A DNA stretch of 64,000 nucleotides from a virus (Duplodnaviria; Caudoviricetes). The notes under the pieces are model-generated. The model searched no databases and was not told the origin of the DNA. It saw nothing but the letters and a program-made list of their open reading frames with translations. The DNA lies in IMG/VR virus record IMGVR_UViG_3300013105_000843, positions 32,001-96,000 of that record; one strand, 5' to 3'. Positions 27,992 to 38,543 of this stretch are shown piece by piece. The translations under genes and the position numbers were made by a program. Each line of letters opens with the position of its first letter. The stretch's first letter is position 1.

Positions 27992-28252
27992 TCACTTCCC
28001 GGAAAGCTGCTTCACCGAAACCTGGGCCGGAGCGGGTGTCAGGTGCCGGACCGGGAGACTGAAGAGTCCCTTGTCCGTGGTGATGGAGCACGCGGCGTGT
28101 ACCTGGCAGGCCTGAACGTCGGCCAGTTCGAGCTGGCCGCCGACATAAACCGCGAGCCACAGGACGCCGACCACCGCGGCGACCTTGAGTCCCAGCTGAA
28201 ACATGAGGATGTCCGCGAACAGTTCGCTCAGCAAATCGAGTACTTCAACCAT
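27992..28252 (-). CDS. small membrane protein
   Basis: GGGAG RBS; one TM segment. Confidence 0.5.
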   Translation of the reverse strand: MVEVLDLLSELFADILMFQLGLKVAAVVGVLWLAVYVGGQLELADVQACQVHAACSITTDKGLFSLPVRHLTPAPAQVSVKQLSGK

Positions 28253-28298
28253 GTCGTGCTCCCAGGCTTTCGCCGAAGGTGGTGTGTGCCGCGCAGGG

Positions 28299-28673
28299 TC
28301 AGGCCATCACGCGGTGCAGGTACGGCAGTCCGAAGGCGAAGAAGGCGCCCGCCGCGTAGACCGCGAGCGAGGCCAGATACGTAATGCGCGAAATGCGCTT
28401 GTAGCGCGCGCAGGCGGCAGCGAGACGCTTGTCGACGGGACAGGCCGCGGGCCGCAGCTGCCACAAACCGCCCGCGAGCAGCATGACGAGCGCGCCGCCG
28501 AACACCAGCCCCTTGTGCATCGAAATCCAGACGAGTTGCGGCACGGCCGACACCAGCGCCGCGAGCGTGGCGCCGGCGCCCAGACTGATAAGCAGTGCCG
28601 GCAGCGCGCAGCACACCAGTGTCGAGCTGCTGGTGGCCAGCGCGAGCCACATGAATCGGGTTTCTCCCTTCAT
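28299..28673 (-). CDS. MerT-like metal transporter
   Basis: TM1 Cys pair (LVCCALP), cytoplasmic C..C loop, 3 TM helices. Confidence 0.7.
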   Translation of the reverse strand: MKGETRFMWLALATSSSTLVCCALPALLISLGAGATLAALVSAVPQLVWISMHKGLVFGGALVMLLAGGLWQLRPAACPVDKRLAAACARYKRISRITYLASLAVYAAGAFFAFGLPYLHRVMA

Positions 28674-28680
28674 GGCCGCC

Positions 28681-29007
28681 TCAGCACGACAGGTCGCGAG
28701 CCTCGGCGAGGCTCATGTTGGTAGGCTTGACCGACTTCATCGTGAAGCCATTTGACTGCAGCGTGAGGCCCAGGCTCAGTTCATTGACGTGCGCCCCGGG
28801 TGCCATCTCGAGGAAGAGGAGCCCGCATTCAAGGCGCGGCAGAACCTCTTCCGCTCCAGACATATGCTTGAGCTGGGCCTTCATCGCGTCGCTGCACAGC
28901 GCGCAGTTGAGCCCCTGCAGCGAAACCTCGACCGTGCCGGCCATAGCTGCGGCCGACATTGCAAGCGCCGCCAGCATGAGACCGGCGCGAAGCTGTTTGG
29001 TGAACAT
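28681..29007 (-). CDS. periplasmic HMA (MerP-like) metal-binding protein
   Basis: Signal peptide followed by GLNCALC (GxxCxxC). Confidence 0.7.
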   Translation of the reverse strand: MFTKQLRAGLMLAALAMSAAAMAGTVEVSLQGLNCALCSDAMKAQLKHMSGAEEVLPRLECGLLFLEMAPGAHVNELSLGLTLQSNGFTMKSVKPTNMSLAEARDLSC

Positions 29008-29105
29008 GACAACCTGCTCGAATGAAAGTAGTGGATGTATATCGCCACGGAGAGTTGATGCCTGCGTCGAATTCGCGCCGCGCGCTATCGCTGTCTGCAT
29101 GCGCA

Positions 29106-29486
29106 TTACAGCCCGAACAGGCGCCCCAGGACCGAACGGCTGAAGCATGCCCGCCCTTCTTGTTCGACCTGTTTCTGATAGGCGGAAGCGCGCGCCATGA
29201 CCTCGGCCTTGCTCGGGCCGCACAGATTTTCGATGGGCTCCTCGACCGGCACGCGCGTCGAACGATTCACCCGGGTCCCGTAGGCACAGTATTCGAGCTT
29301 GCCGCGCGCGTCGCTCGGAATCACGAGGATGAACTGCAGTTCCGCCGCCTTGGAAGCCTTTTCCGGGCAGCCCGAGAAGCCATAGGCGATAAAGCCGACG
29401 ACCAGCGCCACTAAACCGCAAAGCTGCACGCGCCATGCAAGTCGCAGATTCCCCTCAGACAACCGGTTGGTGGCGTCGTCCGTCAT
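29106..29486 (-). CDS. membrane-anchored Cys-containing hypothetical protein
   Basis: Starts 1 nt after the smpB stop; one TM segment. Confidence 0.55.
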   Translation of the reverse strand: MTDDATNRLSEGNLRLAWRVQLCGLVALVVGFIAYGFSGCPEKASKAAELQFILVIPSDARGKLEYCAYGTRVNRSTRVPVEEPIENLCGPSKAEVMARASAYQKQVEQEGRACFSRSVLGRLFGL

Positions 29487-29487
29487 G

Positions 29488-29937
29488 TCACATCTCCCCG
29501 CGCGCTGCGGCGCGTGCCAGGTCGCGTTGCTTGAGCGTTTCGCGCTTGTCGTGTTGCTTCTTGCCGCGGGCAAGGCCAATCACGAGCTTCAACGTGCGCC
29601 GGCGCACCACTGCGAGCGGCACGACCGTGTAGCCTCGCTCGGCGACCTTGCGGCCGAGCTTCTCCAGCTCGTGCTTTGTCAGCAGCAGCTTGCGCAGCCG
29701 ATTGGGCTCGCGCGGCGTGAGCAGGCCCTGGTGATGTTCCAGCAGCGGCGTGATAGTCATGGCGTCGAGAAATGCCTCGCCGCCAGTGAAACGGATGAAT
29801 GCGCCGCCGCCGTTGAAATTGGCGCGGCCGCCGAGCATCGCCTTGACCTCCCACCCCTCGAGCACGAGCCCGGCTTCGAGCGTGTCCTCGATGGTGTACA
29901 GATGGCGAGCCTGGCGATTTTCGATTACGGTCGTCAT
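29488..29937 (-). CDS. smpB: SsrA-binding protein SmpB
   Basis: NRQARH.Y.I...EAGLVL.GWEVK, R.RKLLL, GYTVVPL and ARGKK.HDKR motifs. Confidence 0.95.
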   Translation of the reverse strand: MTTVIENRQARHLYTIEDTLEAGLVLEGWEVKAMLGGRANFNGGGAFIRFTGGEAFLDAMTITPLLEHHQGLLTPREPNRLRKLLLTKHELEKLGRKVAERGYTVVPLAVVRRRTLKLVIGLARGKKQHDKRETLKQRDLARAAARGEM

Positions 29938-29982
29938 CGAAGTCTGCCCTGCGTGCTTTTGCTGTTGTTTGCGTTAACGAAT

Positions 29983-30011
29983 AGTATATTCGTTAAATGC
30001 GATATCGGCAA
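29983..30011 (-). promoter_or_regulatory. sigma70 promoter of smpB
   Basis: TTGCCG-17 nt-TATACT. Confidence 0.65.
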
Positions 30012-30096
30012 GTATTGGGCGAAGCGCAAACGCCCCGGCGGTCCGGGGCTCAAGGTTAGGCAGGGAACGCGGTTGGATGCCGTGTGCGGCTGTCGG

Positions 30097-30831
30097 TCAG
30101 CCTGGCATCTGGTGCGAGGACAGCGCTGCGGTCATCGCATCGTACATCCTGAGGGCATCCTGGATATTGTTCCGGAATTGCCCGGTCATGAACTGGTCGA
30201 CGGTCACGTAGCCCTTTTTCCCGCTAATGCGGATGACAATCTTCGAATCCGGGTGGATTTTGCGCAGGCCTTCGATATCGTCGGGCGTGGCAACGAAGTC
30301 GTACCGTTCGGTGACGCCGCCAGGCAGCTGGTCAGTGTCAACCCGAATATTCTTGAAATCGCGCGAGAAAACCACTTCACCATCGACCATCACGGCCACC
30401 TGTTCCATGAAAAGCCAGCCGTTCGGGCCAAAGTAGTATGGCTTCATGACCAGGACGGGCATCTTGCCATCGCGCAGGGAGATGTAGGTCTCGAGGGACG
30501 TGTCAATTTCCAGCTGGACACCCGGCGTGTAGAAGCGCAGATTTCGGAACGCATCGCGTTTTCCGAACGCCAGTGCACGTGGTATCCGTTTCGAGGCGGG
30601 AGGAAACTCGAAGTACGCGAGAAAGCTGGTGACGCCGTCCTTCTCGTCCTTACGCTGTTTCTCCTGGTAGACGCTGCCGAGCGCTCTCGTCCAGTCGGCC
30701 ATCGTGGGCGGCGGCGCGGCCGGAGCGACGGCCGCCGCGGGAGACCCCGAAGCAGCCTGCGCTACGGGTTTTGAGCATCCACCTAACGCGAATACAGCCA
30801 GCACGGCCACCACAATCGGCGTCTTCATCAC
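30097..30831 (-). CDS. lipoprotein of unknown function
   Basis: Signal peptide with LGGC lipobox. Confidence 0.7.
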   Translation of the reverse strand: MMKTPIVVAVLAVFALGGCSKPVAQAASGSPAAAVAPAAPPPTMADWTRALGSVYQEKQRKDEKDGVTSFLAYFEFPPASKRIPRALAFGKRDAFRNLRFYTPGVQLEIDTSLETYISLRDGKMPVLVMKPYYFGPNGWLFMEQVAVMVDGEVVFSRDFKNIRVDTDQLPGGVTERYDFVATPDDIEGLRKIHPDSKIVIRISGKKGYVTVDQFMTGQFRNNIQDALRMYDAMTAALSSHQMPG

Positions 30832-30942
30832 CCCTCTCCCCGTTTTTGTTGCCTGCGGAGCGTCTTAGGCCCCTTTCAGTTGACAAAAGCGTAGCGCAGG
30901 ATTGAGGGCTTGCAAAGCCGGGTTGGGCCTCATACGGCGGAG

Positions 30943-30980
30943 TAAAACAAAACGCCCCGGCTTTGGACCAGGGCGTTTTG
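30943..30980 (-). terminator. intrinsic terminator of the tmRNA transcript
   Basis: AAAACGCCCTGG-loop-CCGGGGCGTTTTGTTTT on the minus strand. Confidence 0.75.
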
Positions 30981-31256
30981 CGCGACTTTGGGCGACCGGG
31001 CAATCGCGGCCCGGTGGCAGTTTAGGCAACTGCCAGATAACGGCTGTCGTTAGCAGTTATTTTTTGCGTCTTTCGCCGCGCGAAACGCGCCGCCGGGCAT
31101 GCGCCTGCCCTCGTTGCCGCCTTTGCCTTCATGCGCTGTCAAAACCTGTCAGCCCCATCACATGCACACCTGAGACAGATGCGCAGGTGGTGGAGCTGGC
31201 GAGGAACTCGAACCCCACTTCCAACACACGTCAACTCTGGAGGAGTTACAACGATT
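30945..31256 (-). ncRNA. ssrA: circularly permuted (two-piece) tmRNA
   Basis: Acceptor piece first (..GGGGTTCGAGTTCCTCGCCAGCTCCACCA, ending at 31188), a 31-nt spacer, then the coding piece starting GGGGCTGACAGGTTTTGAC at 31156; G3:U acceptor pair; tag frame 31054-31022 encodes ANDSRYLAVA-stop. Confidence 0.9.
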
Positions 31257-31261
31257 GAATG

Positions 31262-31290
31262 AGTATATCTCTAATATCGCAAAATGGCAA
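31262..31290 (-). promoter_or_regulatory. sigma70 promoter of the tmRNA
   Basis: TTGCCA-17 nt-TATACT directly upstream of the acceptor piece. Confidence 0.8.
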
Positions 31291-31292
31291 CA

Positions 31293-31592
31293 TTATCGTG
31301 CGGCCTCTGCGTGCGGAGAAGCCAGTTCTTCCATCCATTCGAGCCGTTCGAGCGCCTCCTCCCCGACGAGCGAAGGTGTCACGATGAACTCCGGGGCGTA
31401 GTGGTCGCCGTTGTCGCGCACAAAGATGAAGCCCGCATTTTCGAGGAGGCGCGCGGCCGTCGAGACCTGCTTCCTGGTCAGCTGCTGTTCAGCCACGCAC
31501 TCCTCCAGCAGGCGCCGCGCGTGACCACCGAGCCCGCGCAACACCACAGCGGATGCGCGAGCGTCTTCCTCGGTTTCGTGCGCCAGCAGCAT
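31293..31592 (-). CDS. small hypothetical protein (winged-helix-like)
   Basis: 99-aa ORF after ligA; LENAGFI pattern. Confidence 0.55.
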   Translation of the reverse strand: MLLAHETEEDARASAVVLRGLGGHARRLLEECVAEQQLTRKQVSTAARLLENAGFIFVRDNGDHYAPEFIVTPSLVGEEALERLEWMEELASPHAEAAR

Positions 31593-31606
31593 GACAGCGT
31601 TCTGGC

Positions 31607-33598
<1,992 letters not shown>

Positions 33599-33671
33599 TC
33601 ATTCTCCTTATGATGCATTAAATATATCGAATAATGGCAATTTAAGCAAGCGAAGTTGGCGGTTTCGCCGG

Positions 33672-35150
33672 TCAAGCGCGACCCGTCCCGTCCGCCGCGG
33701 GGGGCGCCAGCGGCGTGCCGAGCGTCACGGCCGCTTCCAGGTCGAAATCACCGCGGCGAACGAGCTGCAAGCCGCCGCCGTGCCAGTATGCGAGGCGTCG
33801 GCAGACGTTGAGCTGCATGGCAGCGGGCCCACCTGGGAAAGTCAGGCCGCCGGCCGGATAAGGCAGCAGTTCAAGCGCGGCCGTGCGGGTGGCGTAGACG
33901 TAGTAGACGGTACTGAGGCGCTCATTGCGCACGCCGACTTCGAGCGTGGTGCCCGCCTGGGCAGCCACGTGTTCGCAAAACAGCTGGAGCAGCTTGCGCA
34001 TCAGCGCTTGCAAGGCCTGCTCCGCGGCAGTCGTCAGGGGCGCCGGGCCCCGACGGAACGCCACGTGAGGAAAGTCATGTGCCAGCCCTTCGACGAGACC
34101 GCTGAAAATATGGGAGGTGTTGACGAGCGACGGCGTGAAATCGAGTGCCGTCACCTGGGCGAATTGGCGCAGGCTATCCAACGTGAACTGGAGCTGCGCA
34201 TGCGCCTCCTCCACATCCTTACGGACATCAGGCGCCAGCCGCTTGTCCACCACCAGGGCGTCGACGGTGTCGTAGGGTGCATACAGGGTTTCGGCGGCCT
34301 GGTGCACGAAGTCGTCGGTCGTCTCGGTCAGCACAATGCGCTGAGCTTCCAGTTCGCTTTCGAGCCGGGCCAGCTGTTCGTGCAGGCGCAGGACTTCGTC
34401 GCGGTAGGTCTGGTCATCGGTGACGTCGCGGATGGTCGCACTGAAGTGGTCATCTCCGAGATAGACGGCGCGCAATTCGAGTGATTTGCCAATGGTTGGA
34501 AACCAGCTCGTGTAGACGCAGGTTCTCGTTTGATGGAGCCGCGCGAGCTTGGAAAAGAATTCGGGATGATTGCGGTAGAGCGCCGGCCAGCGTTCTGAGG
34601 CTGGCGTTTCGCTCGGAGCAGGAAATTCGCCGAAAGCAATCTCGGTAGCAGTGTTCGCATCAAGCAGGACGAAATCCCGGCCTTCCGGCAGCATGGTCGT
34701 GAGCCGGCAATGGGCATGGCCGATGGGCAGATGCTCAAGCATCATCCTGAAGCGGTACGGGCTCTGCCAGTAGAGCGGCGAGCGAAATGCCGTCCGTGAC
34801 CGCACGACCGACTTGGGCAGGAATCCAGCGTAGTAGCCTTGTTCGTCGAACACCGGAATCCCGCTGGGCTCGATGCGTTCAAGCGCGCGCTGGAACGCCG
34901 TCGGTTTCGCCTGTTTCGCGAGCGCGGCGAGCCGACGTTCGGCCAGCCATGTCGGCACGCGCAGGACCGTCCAGGCCACGAAGAGTGCCAGCACGCAGTC
35001 CAACACCCCGTGCAAGCCGACGTACAGCCAGAACGGTAAGTCCGAGACCAGGCGAGAGGCGGCTTCCAGCCCCACATATCCCGCGCAGATAGCTACAGCG
35101 ACCGCGACTGTCGCACGACTCGGAGCAAGAGAGCGAAGTTTTGCCACCAA
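33672..35150 (-). CDS. degenerate membrane sensor histidine kinase-like protein
   Basis: 2 TM, PAS-like region ending IRDVTD, coiled coil, H-box-like FVHQAAETLYAP, C-terminal VCRRLAYWHGG. Confidence 0.6.
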   Translation of the reverse strand: MVAKLRSLAPSRATVAVAVAICAGYVGLEAASRLVSDLPFWLYVGLHGVLDCVLALFVAWTVLRVPTWLAERRLAALAKQAKPTAFQRALERIEPSGIPVFDEQGYYAGFLPKSVVRSRTAFRSPLYWQSPYRFRMMLEHLPIGHAHCRLTTMLPEGRDFVLLDANTATEIAFGEFPAPSETPASERWPALYRNHPEFFSKLARLHQTRTCVYTSWFPTIGKSLELRAVYLGDDHFSATIRDVTDDQTYRDEVLRLHEQLARLESELEAQRIVLTETTDDFVHQAAETLYAPYDTVDALVVDKRLAPDVRKDVEEAHAQLQFTLDSLRQFAQVTALDFTPSLVNTSHIFSGLVEGLAHDFPHVAFRRGPAPLTTAAEQALQALMRKLLQLFCEHVAAQAGTTLEVGVRNERLSTVYYVYATRTAALELLPYPAGGLTFPGGPAAMQLNVCRRLAYWHGGGLQLVRRGDFDLEAAVTLGTPLAPPAADGTGRA

Positions 35151-35256
35151 GCTAGACCCAGAATAACAAGCGTCGTATTTTAGCGCTAGATAGTTGTAGA
35201 TAATGAATAAATCGGCTCAATTGATTGTATTCCCTATCGAACTTGACACCCCAGAA

Positions 35257-36225
35257 TTAGAGCGATTCCACACGTGCAAGATGACGAGTCGTCGCCCGCA
35301 ATTCCTCGTGGCCCAGGAATTCCTGCACCTCCTCGGTGGTATATCGACCACACGCCAACGCGTTTCTGGCGAATGTATTGCGCAGAATACCCGCGCCCTG
35401 TCGTGGTGCATTGATGCCAGCCGACTCAAACCACGCGGCAAGCCGACGAAACAGACCTGATGGCGAATACGGCGTGCCGCCGAGCGTCGCCGGACACAGC
35501 CATACACCGGGAATTACGCGCCGCGCGCGCTCCTCGGTCCAAGTCCCGAGCCAACCACGCCATGGCCCGTCGGGCATCACCAGCGTGGTATGTGGAGCAT
35601 GCACTCCCTGCGGTTCGATTCGCACACGGAACGTATCGGACACCGCGTGCACCGGCAGCGCGACGAGTTCATTGGCGCGCAGACCCGCGCCGAGCAGCAG
35701 TGCGCACACCGCGCGGTCGCGAGCCCCCTTCCAGCCGGTCAGGTCAGTCAGCGCGGCCACGAGCATCGCCTGGTCCCCGGCATCCAGTCCGACCGGCAGC
35801 GGCACCTCCAGGGGACGCTCCTTCTTCAATTCCTCGCGCAACGGATTCGCCCGGTCCCAGCCGACCTGCCGCAGCTGCCGATAAACCTTGTCGAGCAGCT
35901 GAAGGTACCGGCGGCGCGAGACAGGCTCCAGCGCGTGCAGGGAAAAGAAATCATTCGCATCCTGCTGAGTCGCCTCGAGCAACGACAGCGAATGATTCTC
36001 CAGATGCCGCATCCACGCGGCAAACATTGCCGCATATGTCTCGCACGAGGTCTCACGAAACTGGCGGGACCCCACGCGCTGGCCCGCAAGCCAGGACAGG
36101 AAGGTCTCTGCAGGCGAGCGCTCCCATGCGTGCAAACTTTGCGCCGGCCAGAAATCTGGCGTCGGCGCCACGGTCGCCACTGCCGCACGCGTGGCGGGCA
36201 GGTCGTGCGCGGAAGGACGCGGCAT
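35257..36225 (-). CDS. tyrosine recombinase-family protein (catalytic residues altered)
   Basis: RDRA...LLLGAGLR..EL, ILRNTFA and VQEFLGH motifs. Confidence 0.8.
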   Translation of the reverse strand: MPRPSAHDLPATRAAVATVAPTPDFWPAQSLHAWERSPAETFLSWLAGQRVGSRQFRETSCETYAAMFAAWMRHLENHSLSLLEATQQDANDFFSLHALEPVSRRRYLQLLDKVYRQLRQVGWDRANPLREELKKERPLEVPLPVGLDAGDQAMLVAALTDLTGWKGARDRAVCALLLGAGLRANELVALPVHAVSDTFRVRIEPQGVHAPHTTLVMPDGPWRGWLGTWTEERARRVIPGVWLCPATLGGTPYSPSGLFRRLAAWFESAGINAPRQGAGILRNTFARNALACGRYTTEEVQEFLGHEELRATTRHLARVESL

Positions 36226-36376
36226 CAGGCTGCTCCAAAAACAGGCCAGACCGTAGTGTACTTTCACCGGTACCGAGGTCAAGCCGTGCTGGTATACGCG
36301 AAGCCTCGAAACTTGACAGAAGCGTTTTTTATAATGATACTAATATGGCCATGACGCCCTCACACACGTACCAGCC

Positions 36377-37132
36377 ATGAACGATTGCATCTATCGCGAC
36401 TTCGATATCGCGCTCAGCCCGGTGGACCACAACGAGTCTGCCACGCCGGCCCTGCCCTGTCTGCACGTGACCCTGACGCACCGGCCTTCCGGTGAATCCC
36501 AGAGCTTCGAACTGCGCGGCGTGCTGGGTGGGATGGACCAGCTGCTTGAAACGCATGTCCGCCTGCGCTTTCCCGGCTCCGGTGCCGCGCTGCAGCTCGA
36601 GCGCCAGGCAGGCGAAGTCCTGCACCGGCTGAACCGGAACTGGCGCCAGGGGCTGGCGCGCAAGGTCGGCCTGGCGCTGATGAGCCTGTGTGACGGCCCC
36701 GGCGCGGCCTTCTGGTGGCACCAGCTCCAGTCGATGCCGCGCATTGTGCAGTACATGATGTTCAAACGCACGGAAGAGCTGTTCGAGCCGCTCGCCGGCG
36801 TGCACCCGCTGAAAGACTTTTCGAGCGCGCTGCGCGGCGCGTGGACGGAAGTGTTGAATGACGCGAGCGGGCTCGACGGCTGGCGCGATGTGCAGCTGAC
36901 CGCTCTCTCGCGCAAGGGCTGGCCCATCGCCGACCTCGACAGCCGGACCCACGCGCAGCTGGCGGCCATCAGTGAGCGGGCGCGCCTGGCCAGCATGGCG
37001 CTCGGCTATCTGAGCGACCACGACTGGCAGCAGATGCTCGGCTTTGTGCTGGAATCGCGCCGCCGGCCCGACGGGTCGAGCGCGGACACCGGTCGCAGCC
37101 GCACAGAAAACCGCGTCCCGGATGGAGCCTGA
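36377..37132 (+). CDS. hypothetical protein
   Basis: 251-aa ORF; TTGACA-containing promoter region at about 36312-36341. Confidence 0.65.
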   Translation: MNDCIYRDFDIALSPVDHNESATPALPCLHVTLTHRPSGESQSFELRGVLGGMDQLLETHVRLRFPGSGAALQLERQAGEVLHRLNRNWRQGLARKVGLALMSLCDGPGAAFWWHQLQSMPRIVQYMMFKRTEELFEPLAGVHPLKDFSSALRGAWTEVLNDASGLDGWRDVQLTALSRKGWPIADLDSRTHAQLAAISERARLASMALGYLSDHDWQQMLGFVLESRRRPDGSSADTGRSRTENRVPDGA

Positions 37133-37135
37133 CCC

Positions 37136-37633
37136 ATGCTCGAGTTGAAAGGGATAACGATGGCTGACAACCCGCATGGCGGCGGCGTCGTGACGCTGAA
37201 GTATGAGGTCGTCCACAATGTCTCCTCGCTGCGCACCAGGCTCACGCTGCCGCTCTCCCTCCAGCTGAACCTCGACACGAACAAAGTGAAGGCAGCACTG
37301 GACGTGTCCAGCGTTGAGGCGGACAGCGTCGACGAAGCGCTCGACCGGCTCGCGAACTGGTGCGACCGCAGCGCGGAAGCCCTCCGCGAGCGCGCGCGCA
37401 AGCCGGGTATCGACCTTCCGGTCTTCACCCGCCTGTCCTTTGATTACGAGAAGCTGACCACCTGGCAGAAGCAGCTGTACGACCAGGTCGTCGCCGACCT
37501 GGGGGCCCTGCCAGAAGACGAGGAAGGCGAATACATCAAGCGGATGCACGCAGAGCATCACCCGATTGTGTTCCTGCGCGATGCGCTCGAGTGCGCGCGC
37601 GCTGCGGTGGCCAATGCCCGGGAGGCCGGCTGA
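37136..37633 (+). CDS. hypothetical protein
   Basis: 165-aa ORF, closely coupled to both neighbours. Confidence 0.65.
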   Translation: MLELKGITMADNPHGGGVVTLKYEVVHNVSSLRTRLTLPLSLQLNLDTNKVKAALDVSSVEADSVDEALDRLANWCDRSAEALRERARKPGIDLPVFTRLSFDYEKLTTWQKQLYDQVVADLGALPEDEEGEYIKRMHAEHHPIVFLRDALECARAAVANAREAG

Positions 37634-38442
37634 TGTCTACCAGCTACCCGCGGGTGTTGCACATTGGTCGCGGTCGCGGCCGGGACTTCGTCATGGGTGA
37701 CGTTCACGGCGCGTTCGACCTGGTCGACATCGCGCTGCGCCGGGTCGACTTCGACCCGGCAGTCGACCGCCTGTTCTCGGTGGGAGACCTGGTGGACCGG
37801 GGCCCCTGGTCGGCCCGTGCACGCGAGTATCTTGAAAAGGACTGGGCTTTCGCGGTGCGCGGCAATCATGAAGATGCCGTGCTCGAGTGCCATGCCGGCG
37901 GCATCTGCAACGAGCGCCTACTCAACTGGCACATCGAGCACAACGGGCTGGGTTGGTGGCTCACCACGCCACAGGACCAACGCGAACAGCTGCTTGCTGC
38001 CTTCGCCCGACTGCCCCTTGCGATGGAAATCGAGACCGCCAGTGGGCGTGTCGGTCTCGTGCACGCCGATGTCCCGCACGGTATGTCGTGGCAACGCTTC
38101 ATCGCCCTGCTCGAGGCAGGGAACACGGGCGCGCGGAACTGTGCGTTGCTCAGCCGGGAGCGCGCCACTCAGCAGGACGCCAGCGGTGTGGCCGGCGTCG
38201 GCCGGGTGTACGTGGGGCATACGCCGCTACTGGGCGGCGTGCGCTGCCTCGGCAACGTCTGGATGATTGACACGGCCGCGGTATTCGCCCGTCTCGGCCG
38301 TACCGACCGCGGTGAGCTGTCGGTCCTCGAGCTGGACCTGCCGCAACGCGACCTGCGGCACCCGGAGCGAGCCTCAATGGTCGCCACTTATCGCGCGCAA
38401 CCCCATGGTCTGAAAAATTGGCTACGCCGGTGGGGTTCGTAG
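37633..38442 (+). CDS. Ser/Thr phosphatase-type metallophosphoesterase (lambda NinI/PphA-like)
   Basis: GDVHG, VGDLVDRGP, RGNHE, VHA, GHTP and IDT motifs. Confidence 0.9.
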   Translation: MSTSYPRVLHIGRGRGRDFVMGDVHGAFDLVDIALRRVDFDPAVDRLFSVGDLVDRGPWSARAREYLEKDWAFAVRGNHEDAVLECHAGGICNERLLNWHIEHNGLGWWLTTPQDQREQLLAAFARLPLAMEIETASGRVGLVHADVPHGMSWQRFIALLEAGNTGARNCALLSRERATQQDASGVAGVGRVYVGHTPLLGGVRCLGNVWMIDTAAVFARLGRTDRGELSVLELDLPQRDLRHPERASMVATYRAQPHGLKNWLRRWGS

Positions 38443-38543
38443 GGTGCGTGCGATACTGCACCCCTCTCAGGTTCTGGCTTCAAGCCCTCGGAAGGGCCAG
38501 AACTCTTCAGACCGGCATTCCCTGCCGGTCTTTTTTTGCCCGG

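Noticed and set aside
28299-29007. Mercury resistance operon
   Set aside because: No merA, merR or merD, and no transposon context.
31188-31220. tRNA-Ala, or a tmRNA 3' fragment left as an integration (att) scar
   Set aside because: There is no anticodon arm. The fragment has its own promoter and pairs with the downstream coding piece in three helices, which fits a permuted gene.
35257-36225. Active integrase marking a prophage or island boundary
   Set aside because: The catalytic Tyr and His are replaced, no att repeats are seen, and composition (including GATC avoidance) looks the same on both sides.
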